From NCBI GenBank assembly GCA_041659085.1, contig JBAZYZ010000002.1, positions 1 to 55,662 on the forward strand: 55,662 bases of DNA, in the 5' to 3' direction. The notes beneath the pieces are model-generated. The model was not told where the DNA came from. It made no database searches and saw nothing but the letters and a program-made list of their open reading frames with translations. Made by a program: the position numbers and the translations under genes. This document shows positions 25,567 to 34,005 of this stretch, in pieces. The first letter of the stretch is position 1, and each line of letters opens with the position of its first letter. This stretch comes from Minisyncoccota bacterium (GTDB lineage: Bacteria > Patescibacteriota > Minisyncoccia > Phycocordibacterales > VMEP01).

Positions 25567-26559
25567 ATGAGAAAGCTTTTTATTTTACCCACAGTTATTG
25601 CTGTCGCGGCTCTTGGACTGATCTATTTTACGCTTGGGGCGGAGGCTTTCATGCTTGCCTCTATCTTGTCGGTGCTTGAGGTGACTTTGTCCTTTGATAA
25701 CGCTGTTGTGAATGCAAAGGTGCTTAAGCGAATGAGCGCTGTTTGGCAACAACGTTTTCTTACGTGGGGTATTTTAGTCGCCGTGGTTGGAACGCGATTC
25801 CTTTTGCCCATAATAATTGTGGCGGTTTCCGCCTGGACTTCTCCATTTGCCATAGCGGTGCTTGCCGCGACCGACTCAAGGGCTTACGGCGTTTTGCTTG
25901 AGCATTCTCACTATGCTATCAGCGCGTTTGGCGGAGCCTTTTTGTTTATGGTTTCGCTAAAGTATTTCTTTGACCAGGCTAAGGAGGTTCATTGGCTGGA
26001 AATTCTGGAAAAAAGGTTTTCTCTGTGGGGGAGAGTTGAGGCGATAGAGATAGCTCTGGTGCTTTCCGCCTTGCTCACGGTTTCTTTTCTGGTAAAGGGG
26101 GAACAGGGAACAATTCTCGCTGCCGGCATTTTTGGCATCGTGCTGTTTATTGCCATGGAGAGCGTCACTCAGGTGCTGGACACCTCGCTTTCCGGTTTGA
26201 CCAAGAACGGTTTCGCTTTGTTTATTTATCTGAACATTTTGGACACGGCTTTTTCTTTAGACGGTGTGATCGGCGCCTTTGCCCTATCCACAAATCTGGC
26301 AGTTATCGCTGTGGGTCTTGGCATCGGAGCTTACTTTGTCAGAACGATGACTGTTTATTTGGTGCGCGCCGGCACCCTTGATTCTCTTGTGTATCTTGAG
26401 CACGGCGCTCATTGGGCGATTATGGGCCTTGCCGGGGCGATGCTCCTGTCGCTTGTCGCGCCAATACCGGAAGTCGTGATTGGCGGCATAGGTCTTTGTT
26501 TCATCGGCCTATCATACTGGTCTTCCAAAAAGGAGATACGCAAAAGAGTGTTACGGTAA
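25567..26559 (+). CDS. DUF475 (TerC superfamily) integral membrane protein
   Basis: 330 aa. LEVTLSFDNAVVNA and LDTAFSLDGVIGAFA repeats. Confidence 0.75.
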   Translation: MRKLFILPTVIAVAALGLIYFTLGAEAFMLASILSVLEVTLSFDNAVVNAKVLKRMSAVWQQRFLTWGILVAVVGTRFLLPIIIVAVSAWTSPFAIAVLAATDSRAYGVLLEHSHYAISAFGGAFLFMVSLKYFFDQAKEVHWLEILEKRFSLWGRVEAIEIALVLSALLTVSFLVKGEQGTILAAGIFGIVLFIAMESVTQVLDTSLSGLTKNGFALFIYLNILDTAFSLDGVIGAFALSTNLAVIAVGLGIGAYFVRTMTVYLVRAGTLDSLVYLEHGAHWAIMGLAGAMLLSLVAPIPEVVIGGIGLCFIGLSYWSSKKEIRKRVLR

Positions 26560-26587
26560 TTTATTTTCATTATTCCTCGCTGCCAAG

Positions 26588-26593
26588 TATAAT
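26588..26593 (+). promoter_or_regulatory. -10 box (TATAAT) 6 nt upstream of the helicase ATG
   Basis: ccaagTATAATctccccATG. Confidence 0.45.
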
Positions 26594-26599
26594 CTCCCC

Positions 26600-28336
26600 A
26601 TGACACAAAAGGAGGCGCTAGACATACTGAAGACCGGGGCCAACGTTTTTCTGACGGGTGAGCCCGGAAGCGGTAAGACGCACACGGTAAATGAATATGT
26701 GGAGTATTTGCGCGAGCGTGGAATTGAACCGGCGATTACGGCTTCTACCGGCATTGCCGCGACACACATCGGCGGGGTGACGATTCATTCATGGAGCGGT
26801 ATCGGCATCAAGATAAGCTTGGACGCGTATGAACTGGATAAGCTCGGCTCGAGCGAATATCTGGCCAAGCGCGTCGGGCGCGCCAAAGTTTTAATCATTG
26901 ACGAAGTTTCAATGCTCTCCGCCGGGACTCTTTCCATGGTGGACGCGGTCTGCCGGGAGGTCAGACGGAATTCGGAGCCGTTTGGGGGACTGCAGATGGT
27001 TTTTGTCGGCGATTTTTTCCAGCTCCCGCCGATTGTGAGAATGAATGTGGAGGAGCGGGACGAATACGCCCAAGCTCCGCTTATTGAATCTGAACCTATG
27101 GGCAGGTTTGCCTGCGACGCGCCCGCTTGGGCGAAAACAAAACCGATAGTTTGTTACCTTACCGAACAGCACCGACAGGATGACAGCGATTTCCTGGAGC
27201 TCCTTTCATCCATTCGCCGCAATACTTTCAGCGAAAGTCATATGCGCCACATTGAGAAGAGGAAAATAAAACACGCTGACGCGCCGGATAATACGCCTAA
27301 ACTTTTTTCGCACAACATCGACGTGGATCGCGTGAATGATTCCACTCTCTCTAAAATTTCAGGAGCGGCAAAAACTTTTGATATGGTTTCGCGTGGCCCG
27401 GCCAACCTGACATCCGCTCTTAGGAAGGGCTGTCTCTCGCCAGAGACTCTGACGCTCAAAGCAGGCGCCTCTATAATGTTTACAAAAAACAGTCCGCGCG
27501 AAGGATTCGTGAACGGCACACTTGGGACCGTGAGCGGTTTTTCGGTTGCCGGAAGTCCTCTTGTCCGGACACGTGGAGGGCGGGTTATTGAGGTCTCTCC
27601 ACTCGATTGGACGGTGGAGGAGGGCGGAGTGGTAAGGGCGCGGATTACGCAGATACCGCTACGCCTCGCTTGGGCCATCACTGTTCATAAAAGCCAAGGG
27701 ATGAGTCTGGACGCGGCTGTGATGGATCTAAGCGAAGTCTTTGAATATGGGCAGGGTTATGTCGCGTTATCTCGCGTTAGGAGGCTCTCGGGACTTCATA
27801 TGCTTGGCTGGAACGAGCGGACTTTTCAGGTCCACCCTGACATTTTGGCTAAGGACGAGGCGTTTCGCTTAGCTTCGGAAGAGGCCGGGTCGGGATTTGC
27901 GCAAATTGCGCCGATCGACCTTTTAAAGATGCATGAGAATTTTGTTGTGGTTTGCGGGGGAAGTCTTAAAAAGGGTGTGGAGATGAAAGTTTTCAAAGAA
28001 AAAAAGTTGGTCGCGCGCCGAGCGAAGAAAGCGGGTATTTCAACATACGAAGAAACCCTTTCTTTGTTTAAGCTGGAGTTGAGCGTTTCCGAAATTGCCG
28101 TCAAACGCGCGCTTGCGGAAACAACAATCGTTTCGCATATTGAAAAATTGTTTATGGATGACAAAATCTCAAAAAAAGGAATTGAAAGAATTATTCCCGC
28201 GCATACCCGCAAAGCCCAAACCGAAATAGAAAAAGAATTTAAGAAGAACGGCGACGGCAAGCTCGCTCCCGTCTTTGAAAAATTCAAAGGCAAATATACG
28301 TACGAGGATTTGCGTTTGGTGAGGATGTTGGTGTAG
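26600..28336 (+). CDS. PIF1/RecD-like SF1 helicase with a C-terminal helix-turn-helix extension
   Basis: 578 aa. Walker A GEPGSGKT, Walker B LIIDEVSM, GDFFQLPP, AITVHKSQGMSLD, then a ~150-aa helical tail. Confidence 0.85.
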   Translation: MTQKEALDILKTGANVFLTGEPGSGKTHTVNEYVEYLRERGIEPAITASTGIAATHIGGVTIHSWSGIGIKISLDAYELDKLGSSEYLAKRVGRAKVLIIDEVSMLSAGTLSMVDAVCREVRRNSEPFGGLQMVFVGDFFQLPPIVRMNVEERDEYAQAPLIESEPMGRFACDAPAWAKTKPIVCYLTEQHRQDDSDFLELLSSIRRNTFSESHMRHIEKRKIKHADAPDNTPKLFSHNIDVDRVNDSTLSKISGAAKTFDMVSRGPANLTSALRKGCLSPETLTLKAGASIMFTKNSPREGFVNGTLGTVSGFSVAGSPLVRTRGGRVIEVSPLDWTVEEGGVVRARITQIPLRLAWAITVHKSQGMSLDAAVMDLSEVFEYGQGYVALSRVRRLSGLHMLGWNERTFQVHPDILAKDEAFRLASEEAGSGFAQIAPIDLLKMHENFVVVCGGSLKKGVEMKVFKEKKLVARRAKKAGISTYEETLSLFKLELSVSEIAVKRALAETTIVSHIEKLFMDDKISKKGIERIIPAHTRKAQTEIEKEFKKNGDGKLAPVFEKFKGKYTYEDLRLVRMLV

Positions 28337-28347
28337 AAAACGCCGCC

Positions 28348-28365
28348 TTATCCCCCGGGGAATAA
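28348..28365 (+). promoter_or_regulatory. Imperfect G/C-tract palindrome upstream of the DoxX-DsbA-VKOR promoter (possible CsoR-like box)
   Basis: TTATCCCCC/GGGGAATAA with one mismatch. Resembles the 20546-20564 operator. Lies ~29 nt upstream of the TGgTATAAT at 28391-28399. Confidence 0.25.
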
Positions 28366-28390
28366 CATTGTTATCTTTCTTCTTGTCCCT

Positions 28391-28399
28391 TGGTATAAT
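28391..28399 (+). promoter_or_regulatory. Extended -10 (TGgTATAAT) for the DoxX-DsbA-VKOR genes
   Basis: cccTTGGTATAATataagc. Leaves a 57-nt leader before the ATG at 28457. Confidence 0.5.
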
Positions 28400-28456
28400 A
28401 TAAGCGCGCGATTTAATCAATTTTTAGGTTTTATTTATCAGTTAAAATTAAAAAAT

Positions 28457-28936
28457 ATGATGTTAGGAAAATGCGAAGGTAAATGCGAGGGGAAGTGCGG
28501 CGCACATTGCTGGTGTAAAGTTATAATCCGTGTCTTTATCGCCGCGATCTTTATTTATGCGGGTTACGGGAAATTAACCGGCATAGACGGCACAGCGGCC
28601 TATATAGCAAGCGCAGGCTTGCCTTATCCGGTATTTTTGGCATGGGCAGCAGGATTGCTTGAAGTAATCGCCGGTGTCCTTGTTGTTGCCGGATGCTGGG
28701 GTAAGCATTGCGCGGCCTGGGCTTTGATTGTCTTTACCGTTGTTGCCACTTACTTTTTCCATCTGAAGGGCGCTTTTGCCGGAGACTCTATGCAGTGGGT
28801 TCAGGTTTTGAAGAACCTGGCCGTAATTGGAGGTCTTGCAATGATTGCGGGCTGCGCCAAGTGCGGCTCTGCGGGCGGGTGCGGTTCTTGCGAAGGTGGA
28901 AAGTGCAAGAATAAGGCAAAATCCTCCGATAACTAG
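28457..28936 (+). CDS. DoxX family membrane protein with Cys-rich N- and C-terminal tails
   Basis: 159 aa. DoxX core AAIFIYAGYGKL. N-terminal tail MMLGKCEGKCEGKCGAHCWC. C-terminal tail GCAKCGSAGGCGSCEGGKCKNK. Confidence 0.75.
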   Translation: MMLGKCEGKCEGKCGAHCWCKVIIRVFIAAIFIYAGYGKLTGIDGTAAYIASAGLPYPVFLAWAAGLLEVIAGVLVVAGCWGKHCAAWALIVFTVVATYFFHLKGAFAGDSMQWVQVLKNLAVIGGLAMIAGCAKCGSAGGCGSCEGGKCKNKAKSSDN

Positions 28937-29034
28937 GGACAAAAGGGCATTAATACACAACAAAAAACCGCTGCTTGATTATGGGCGGTTTTTTGTTGCC
29001 AAGACTGCCTTATTTTTGTTATTATAGTGCCCAT

Positions 29035-29676
29035 ATGAAGCCTTCAATCATCTGGTCAATAGTAGTGATTATTCTTTTGGTTGCCGTCTTTAGCGTGGTT
29101 AAAATGGCTAAGGCTCCGGTAACGTCGGGCGTATCCGGGAGTATACCGGAAATTTCTGCTGGCGATCAAACTCGCGGACCTAAAGACTCCAAGGTTGTGG
29201 TTGTGGAGTATAGCGACTTTCAGTGTCCTGCTTGCGCCGCTTTTTTCCCGGCCGTAGACGATCTAAACAAAGAATTGGATGGCAAAATTCTTTTTGTTTA
29301 CCGAAATTTTCCTCTTCCTCAGCACCAAAATGCCGAACTGGCGGCAGAAGCGGCTGGCGCTGCGGGACTGCAGGGGAAATTCTGGGAAATGCATGACGCG
29401 CTTTTTGAAAACCAGGCTGAATGGTCGGAGTCTGGCAACGCAAAAGATTTTTTTATCAGATATGCGGGAACAGCCGGAATAAATATCGAGCAATTTAACA
29501 GGGATATTTCCTCAAGGGAAGTAAAAAATAAAATTGAGGATGATTTGAGTGGGGGATTCAAAGCTAATATTAACTCAACCCCGACATTTTTCTTGAATGG
29601 CAAGAAGATGGAGGGATTTAACTCATATGATGAATTTAAAAATCTTGTCCGAGAAGCGGTACGGAATAATTCCTAA
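29035..29676 (+). CDS. DsbA-family thiol:disulfide oxidoreductase
   Basis: ATG at 29035. Signal anchor. Thioredoxin fold with the active site FQCPAC. Confidence 0.88.
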   Translation: MKPSIIWSIVVIILLVAVFSVVKMAKAPVTSGVSGSIPEISAGDQTRGPKDSKVVVVEYSDFQCPACAAFFPAVDDLNKELDGKILFVYRNFPLPQHQNAELAAEAAGAAGLQGKFWEMHDALFENQAEWSESGNAKDFFIRYAGTAGINIEQFNRDISSREVKNKIEDDLSGGFKANINSTPTFFLNGKKMEGFNSYDEFKNLVREAVRNNS

Positions 29677-30130
29677 TATACTTGCGGGGGCTATTCTTGT
29701 GGTCGGCTTCGCCGGCTTTATAGACGCTTCATATCTGACAGCCAAGCGGATGCTTGGTTCGCCTTTAACCTGTTATTTTTTTGGCGGATGCGACGCCGTT
29801 AACGCGAGCCCTTATTCCCTGATGTTTGGAGTCCCCCTGTCGCTTTACGGCAGCATCTTTTACCTGCTCGTTGTTTTGTCTTCGGTGGCGTATCTGCAGC
29901 ATAAAAAGCCGATTTTCGGCATAGCCTTAATGATACTCACCACGCTGGGGTTTGTTTTTTCCGGCTACTTCTTGTTTCTTCAGGCGGTTATGATTAAAGC
30001 CTACTGTTTCTACTGCGTTATCTCGGTTGGAACGTCTACAACAAACTTTATCCTTATGTCTGTGGCATGGAGGAAGTATTTTTACAAGCCTGAAGTTTCA
30101 GCGTCGGTTTCTTCGGAAATTGTCGGTTAA
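29627..30130 (+). CDS. Vitamin K epoxide reductase (VKOR) family protein
   Basis: ATG at 29627. Loop cysteines LTCYFFGGC plus the membrane CXXC (CFYC). Overlaps the dsbA 3' end by 50 nt in another frame. Confidence 0.85.
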   Translation: MMNLKILSEKRYGIIPNILAGAILVVGFAGFIDASYLTAKRMLGSPLTCYFFGGCDAVNASPYSLMFGVPLSLYGSIFYLLVVLSSVAYLQHKKPIFGIALMILTTLGFVFSGYFLFLQAVMIKAYCFYCVISVGTSTTNFILMSVAWRKYFYKPEVSASVSSEIVG

Positions 30131-30195
30131 TCAAAAACAAAGTGCCGAGTGTGTTGAATTGGTTCGGTATTAATAATTAATAATGAGTAAATAAC

Positions 30196-31026
30196 ATGAA
30201 CGAAATATTCAATTTTAAGGAAAAGTGGGCTGGGGAGGCGGATTACAAGAAGAAGAGATTGGTTTTTTGGATTACTGTTTTGGTGATATTGGCCTCAGCC
30301 TTTCTTGTGCTGCAGTCTGCGAGTGTGGCTACGGGGCTTAGATACATTGGTGGCGGTATCCAGCCGACCAATGTGGTTTCAGTTTCCGGTGACGGCGAAG
30401 TGTTCGCAGTACCCGATATTGCCGAGATAAGTTTTTCGGCTCACGTGGAGAAGAAAACAGTAGCCTTGGCCCAGAAAGAAGTTACCGATACCATGAATGC
30501 GGCGATTGATTTTGTTAAGGGGGCCGGCATAGCCGACAAGGATATAAAAACTACCGGTTATAACGCTTACCCGAAATATGAAACACAGACCAGCGGTCCG
30601 TGCAGCACGCAGTACTGCCCTCCGCGCAAGCAGGTGCTTTCAGGTTATGAAGTTACGCATTCTGTTTTGGTAAAAGTTCGGGATACGGACAAGGTCAGCG
30701 CAATCTTGGATGGTTTGGGCAAGCTGAAGGTTACCGATATCTCAGGTCCGAATTTTTCAATTGATGATGACAATGCTTTAAAGGCCGAAGCGCGGAAGAA
30801 GGCAATTAGCGATGCCAAGACCAAAGCGGATGTTCTGGCAAAAGACCTTGGAGTAAGACTGGTCCGCATTATTAGTTTTTCCGAGTCAGGCAATTACCCG
30901 ATTTATTATGCCAAGACTATGGCGTTCGGAATGGGCGGAGATGCGCAGAGCGCTCCGACCCCCGACATTCCAAAGGGGGAGAACAAGATTACTTCAAACG
31001 TGACAATTACATATGAGATAAAGTAA
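30196..31026 (+). CDS. SIMPL/DUF541 family periplasmic protein
   Basis: 276 aa. TM anchor. ...VPDIAEISFSAHVEKKT...A.KEVTD....I.FVKGAGIADKDIKTTGYN. Confidence 0.75.
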   Translation: MNEIFNFKEKWAGEADYKKKRLVFWITVLVILASAFLVLQSASVATGLRYIGGGIQPTNVVSVSGDGEVFAVPDIAEISFSAHVEKKTVALAQKEVTDTMNAAIDFVKGAGIADKDIKTTGYNAYPKYETQTSGPCSTQYCPPRKQVLSGYEVTHSVLVKVRDTDKVSAILDGLGKLKVTDISGPNFSIDDDNALKAEARKKAISDAKTKADVLAKDLGVRLVRIISFSESGNYPIYYAKTMAFGMGGDAQSAPTPDIPKGENKITSNVTITYEIK

Positions 31027-31047
31027 TCCAGTAAACAATGATAATAC

Positions 31048-31075
31048 AAAAAACCGCTTATTTAGGCGGTTTTTT
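31048..31075 (+). terminator. Intrinsic terminator
   Basis: aaaaaaCCGCttatttagGCGGtttttt. Confidence 0.7.
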
Positions 31076-31165
31076 GTATTATTGACTTTTACCCCACAAA
31101 GAGTAGAGTATTAAAAAGCCCTGAGGGGCGGTTTTTTTAAGGAGAATAATTAATATAAAACAAAC

Positions 31166-31351
31166 ATGAGCTTCATAGATTATTTACGGGAAACAAGAGG
31201 GGAGCTTAAGCACGTGAGCTGGCCGACCAGAAATCAGACAATCGCTTTTACGGCTATTGTCGTTGTTGTGTCGTTTGCGGTTGCTTACTTCTTGGGGCTT
31301 TTTGATTACGGTTTCGCTTTTCTCATTGAGAGGTTTATTCTGGGACGGTAA
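31166..31351 (+). CDS. secE: Preprotein translocase subunit SecE
   Basis: 61 aa. ...ETRGELKHVSWPTRNQTIAFTAIVVVVSFAVAYFLGLFD. Precedes nusG. Confidence 0.88.
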   Translation: MSFIDYLRETRGELKHVSWPTRNQTIAFTAIVVVVSFAVAYFLGLFDYGFAFLIERFILGR

Positions 31352-31381
31352 GCGTTCGCATTTTTCCACAAACATAATTAT

Positions 31382-31927
31382 ATGTCTAAACAAGAAATAC
31401 ACGGAGAAAGAAATTGGTACGCGGTTCATACCTACGCCGGATACGAGAATGCCGTTATGCGCAATTTAAAACAGCGCGTGGAGTCTCTCGGCATGGAGGA
31501 CAAGATATTCAACGTCGTGGTGCCAACTGAAACAATAATCAAAGTGAAAGGAGGCAAGCGTGTGGAGAACGAGGAGAAAATATATCCCGGCTATGTGCTG
31601 GTGGATATGATAGTAACCGACGATTCGTGGTATGTGGTCCGGAATACTCCCAGGGTAACAGGTTTCGTCGGCGCGGGGGTGACCCCGGTGCCGCTTAACA
31701 AGGCTGAAATAGAAGCCTTGTTTGCCCGCATGAAATCTGATACGGTAAAGCACAACGTTGATCTTGGCATTGGCGACGCGGTTATAGTTTCAGACGGTCC
31801 GTTTAAGGAGTTTGAAGGAAAGGTGTCGGAAGTGGACGAGGCCCGCGGCAAGGTTAAAGTTCTGGTTTCAATGTTCGGCCGCGAGACGCCGGTAGAGCTC
31901 GACTTTTTGCAGATTAAGAAAATTTAA
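31382..31927 (+). CDS. nusG: Transcription termination/antitermination factor NusG
   Basis: 181 aa. [18 protein letters not shown] domain. KOW motif [22 protein letters not shown]. Confidence 0.93.
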   Translation: MSKQEIHGERNWYAVHTYAGYENAVMRNLKQRVESLGMEDKIFNVVVPTETIIKVKGGKRVENEEKIYPGYVLVDMIVTDDSWYVVRNTPRVTGFVGAGVTPVPLNKAEIEALFARMKSDTVKHNVDLGIGDAVIVSDGPFKEFEGKVSEVDEARGKVKVLVSMFGRETPVELDFLQIKKI

Positions 31928-31932
31928 ATATC

Positions 31933-32355
31933 ATGGCTAAAAAAGTAACAAAGAAAATAAAATTGCAGATTTCGGCGGGCAAGGCGACCCCCGCTCCTCC
32001 TCTTGGACCAGCCTTGGGACAGGCAGGGGTAAATATTGGAGATTTCGTGACCAAGTTTAACGCCGCCACTCAGAAAATGATTGGGGATACCGTATCGGTG
32101 GTTGTCCAAGTCTACGAAGACAGAACCTTTGATTTCCTGGTAAAGTCTCCTCCCGCTTCAAGTCTCGTAAAGAAAGCGGCCGGTGTGGAAAAAGGCTCCG
32201 GCAAGAATGCCGTTACAAAAGCCGGCAAAATTACCAAAGCCCAACTGCGTGAAATCGCTGAGAAGAAAATGGCGGACCTAAACGCCCACTCGGTGGAACA
32301 GGCTATGAAAATCATTGAAGGCACCGCAAAGAGCATGGGCATCGACGTGAAATAA
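31933..32355 (+). CDS. rplK: 50S ribosomal protein L11
   Basis: 140 aa. [34 protein letters not shown]. Confidence 0.95.
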   Translation: MAKKVTKKIKLQISAGKATPAPPLGPALGQAGVNIGDFVTKFNAATQKMIGDTVSVVVQVYEDRTFDFLVKSPPASSLVKKAAGVEKGSGKNAVTKAGKITKAQLREIAEKKMADLNAHSVEQAMKIIEGTAKSMGIDVK

Positions 32356-32473
32356 GAAACATCGATGAGCCGGAGGCTGCGACCTAAATCTCTTGAGTGA
32401 AACGATTAGAGATTGGAAGTACTCTTGTGGTGCGGGAAATTATGCGTGGGTGGAGGTGAAATAATAACCCACG

Positions 32474-32495
32474 ACTTACAACTGACAGCCTACAA
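32474..32495 (-). repeat. Second copy of the TTGTAGG-N6-GTTGTAAGT motif (minus-strand orientation)
   Basis: Plus strand ACTTACAAC-tgacag-CCTACAA. 18 of 22 positions match 12852-12873, which precedes tRNA-Val. Confidence 0.55.
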
Positions 32496-32510
32496 CAACC
32501 AACTATAAAA

Positions 32511-32542
32511 ATAAAACCCGCCAATCTGGCGGGTTTTATTTT
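32511..32542. terminator. Bidirectional intrinsic terminator
   Basis: ataaaaCCCGCCAatcTGGCGGGttttatttt. Confidence 0.85.
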
Positions 32543-32614
32543 CTGACGGATTGTGGTAGGTATATTGACAGGGGAAAATTGTTCGGCCATGAGGTCCATA
32601 TACGGAGGTAGTAC

Positions 32615-33172
32615 ATGCTTAATACCAAAGATCTTGCCGTCGCCGGCCTTTCGGCTTTTCTTGTAAGGCACGGCATCAGCACAGACTCGTGGGGCGTGGG
32701 AAATACAAAGACGCCCCGCCATCTTCTTGGCGAGGTCGTTGCCGGCGAGTGTGTCTTTGCCAGAACCGAAGACGGGAGACTGGTCAGAGAGATTTCCGTT
32801 CTAGGGCTTGATATTTTACGGGACGGCTTGGTGCTTGAAGAAGATTTCCAGCTTTTTTACGAGGATAATCGTCCGAGGAAAAGGAAGCTTGACTCGTCAA
32901 CAGGAGAAAAGCTCCTGCCGGGCGAGACACCGGAGCAGGCCTTGAACAGATTGGTTGAAGAGGAGTTTCCAATTTTGCGGCTTCAACCGAAAGAAAGTTT
33001 TCGCCGCATAGGGGAGAGGTTTAGGGAATCCGACAGCAAAAGCTATCCCGGACTCACTACTCGCTATCGGTTCCACTTTTTTGCCGTGGAGCTCTCAATG
33101 GAACTTCCGCCGATCACTGTTCAGGAGTCCGATAAGCTTGTGGCCTATAAGTGGGTACCTCGTCAGGGCTAA
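32615..33172 (+). CDS. Hypothetical protein with a degenerate Nudix-like box
   Basis: 185 aa. GEKLLPGETPEQALNRLVEEEF approximates GX5EX7REUXEEXGU with one extra residue. Otherwise unrecognised. Confidence 0.4.
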   Translation: MLNTKDLAVAGLSAFLVRHGISTDSWGVGNTKTPRHLLGEVVAGECVFARTEDGRLVREISVLGLDILRDGLVLEEDFQLFYEDNRPRKRKLDSSTGEKLLPGETPEQALNRLVEEEFPILRLQPKESFRRIGERFRESDSKSYPGLTTRYRFHFFAVELSMELPPITVQESDKLVAYKWVPRQG

Positions 33173-33333
33173 GGGGCTTTCTGATGAGCGCGCAGACTGC
33201 TGTCACCGAAAGGGGCCGGCAGTTTTTTATTAGCGGCATAGAACCAGAGGAGTGGAAGAGCTTTCCCTTTCTTTTCTGAGTCGAGGATCTAATATAGGCC
33301 AATACCCCGCGGCCTCTGCTAAAGAGGTCTGTA

Positions 33334-33993
33334 TTACAAAAAATTCTCCAGGTCAAGCAAAAAAGGAAGCTGCGGGCAATCTACGCCTACGTCCTTTTCC
33401 GTTATATTTACCAAAATGCTTTTTATGCCCAGTTTTTTCGGCACTTCATAGTCACTCATAATACGGTCACCAATGTAAAGAAACTGTTCAACGGGGAAAT
33501 TATAATATGAAAGCCATAGGGAGTAGGCTGACCCGTCGGATTTTGAAACATCATCTCCGGTGATGATGTGGTTAAACAATTCTTCCGGTATTTTTAGCGC
33601 GGAAAGTTTTTTCTCGGCGTTTGACCGGTCAGAGCCGGTGATAAGGTCCAGTCCCGCGTAACGCGATTTCAAATTATTCAGAAATACCAGAACCTTTTCA
33701 TCTTCCGGGGTAAGTACTGACGCAATATCCGCCCTTTCCAGCGCTTCCTGGACAATTTCCTTGCCATTTGGAACCTCCAGAGCCAGGAGTGTTTTGCTGC
33801 CGCTTAATCCCTTTCCGCCTAGGTAAATGTCTGTAAAGAGCTTCTTTGCTTCCGGCAGGGAAACGTTTTTGTGGCAGGCGATTTTTTGATAAATATATTG
33901 CTGTATTTTTTCGTCAACCTCAGGCATTTTGGGGTACAGGGTCTGATCAAGGTCAAAGCCTATAACTTTAATTTTTGTTTTGTAGTCAATCAT
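33334..33993 (-). CDS. HAD-superfamily phosphatase
   Basis: 219 aa. Motif I IGFDLDQTLY (DxDxT). Motif IV YIGDRIMSDY. Last gene of the four-gene operon. Confidence 0.8.
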   Translation of the reverse strand: MIDYKTKIKVIGFDLDQTLYPKMPEVDEKIQQYIYQKIACHKNVSLPEAKKLFTDIYLGGKGLSGSKTLLALEVPNGKEIVQEALERADIASVLTPEDEKVLVFLNNLKSRYAGLDLITGSDRSNAEKKLSALKIPEELFNHIITGDDVSKSDGSAYSLWLSYYNFPVEQFLYIGDRIMSDYEVPKKLGIKSILVNITEKDVGVDCPQLPFLLDLENFL

Positions 33994-34005
33994 TTTGTCG
34001 GTCTG

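Noticed and set aside
28457-28520. The Cys-rich N-terminus (CEGKCEGKCGAHCWC) read as a RiPP or lanthipeptide-like precursor.
   Set aside because: It is continuous with a full DoxX membrane core. No modification enzymes, protease or dedicated exporter lie nearby, so a metal- or redox-active tail is the simpler reading.
32384-32722. A 112-aa minus-strand ORF across the rplK-downstream intergenic region.
   Set aside because: It crosses a strong bidirectional terminator and the start of the 32615 gene. It has no recognisable domain or start context.
33181-33222. A hammerhead-ribozyme-like string: CTGATGA, 20 nt, then GAAA (ggggctttCTGATGAgcgcgcagactgctgtcaccGAAAgggg).
   Set aside because: The 20 nt between the two core boxes do not form a credible stem II, and the flanks (ggggc and ggggcc) are not complementary for stems I and III. 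The region is better explained as the terminator hairpin (actgctg...cggcagt plus T-run) of the 32615-33172 gene.
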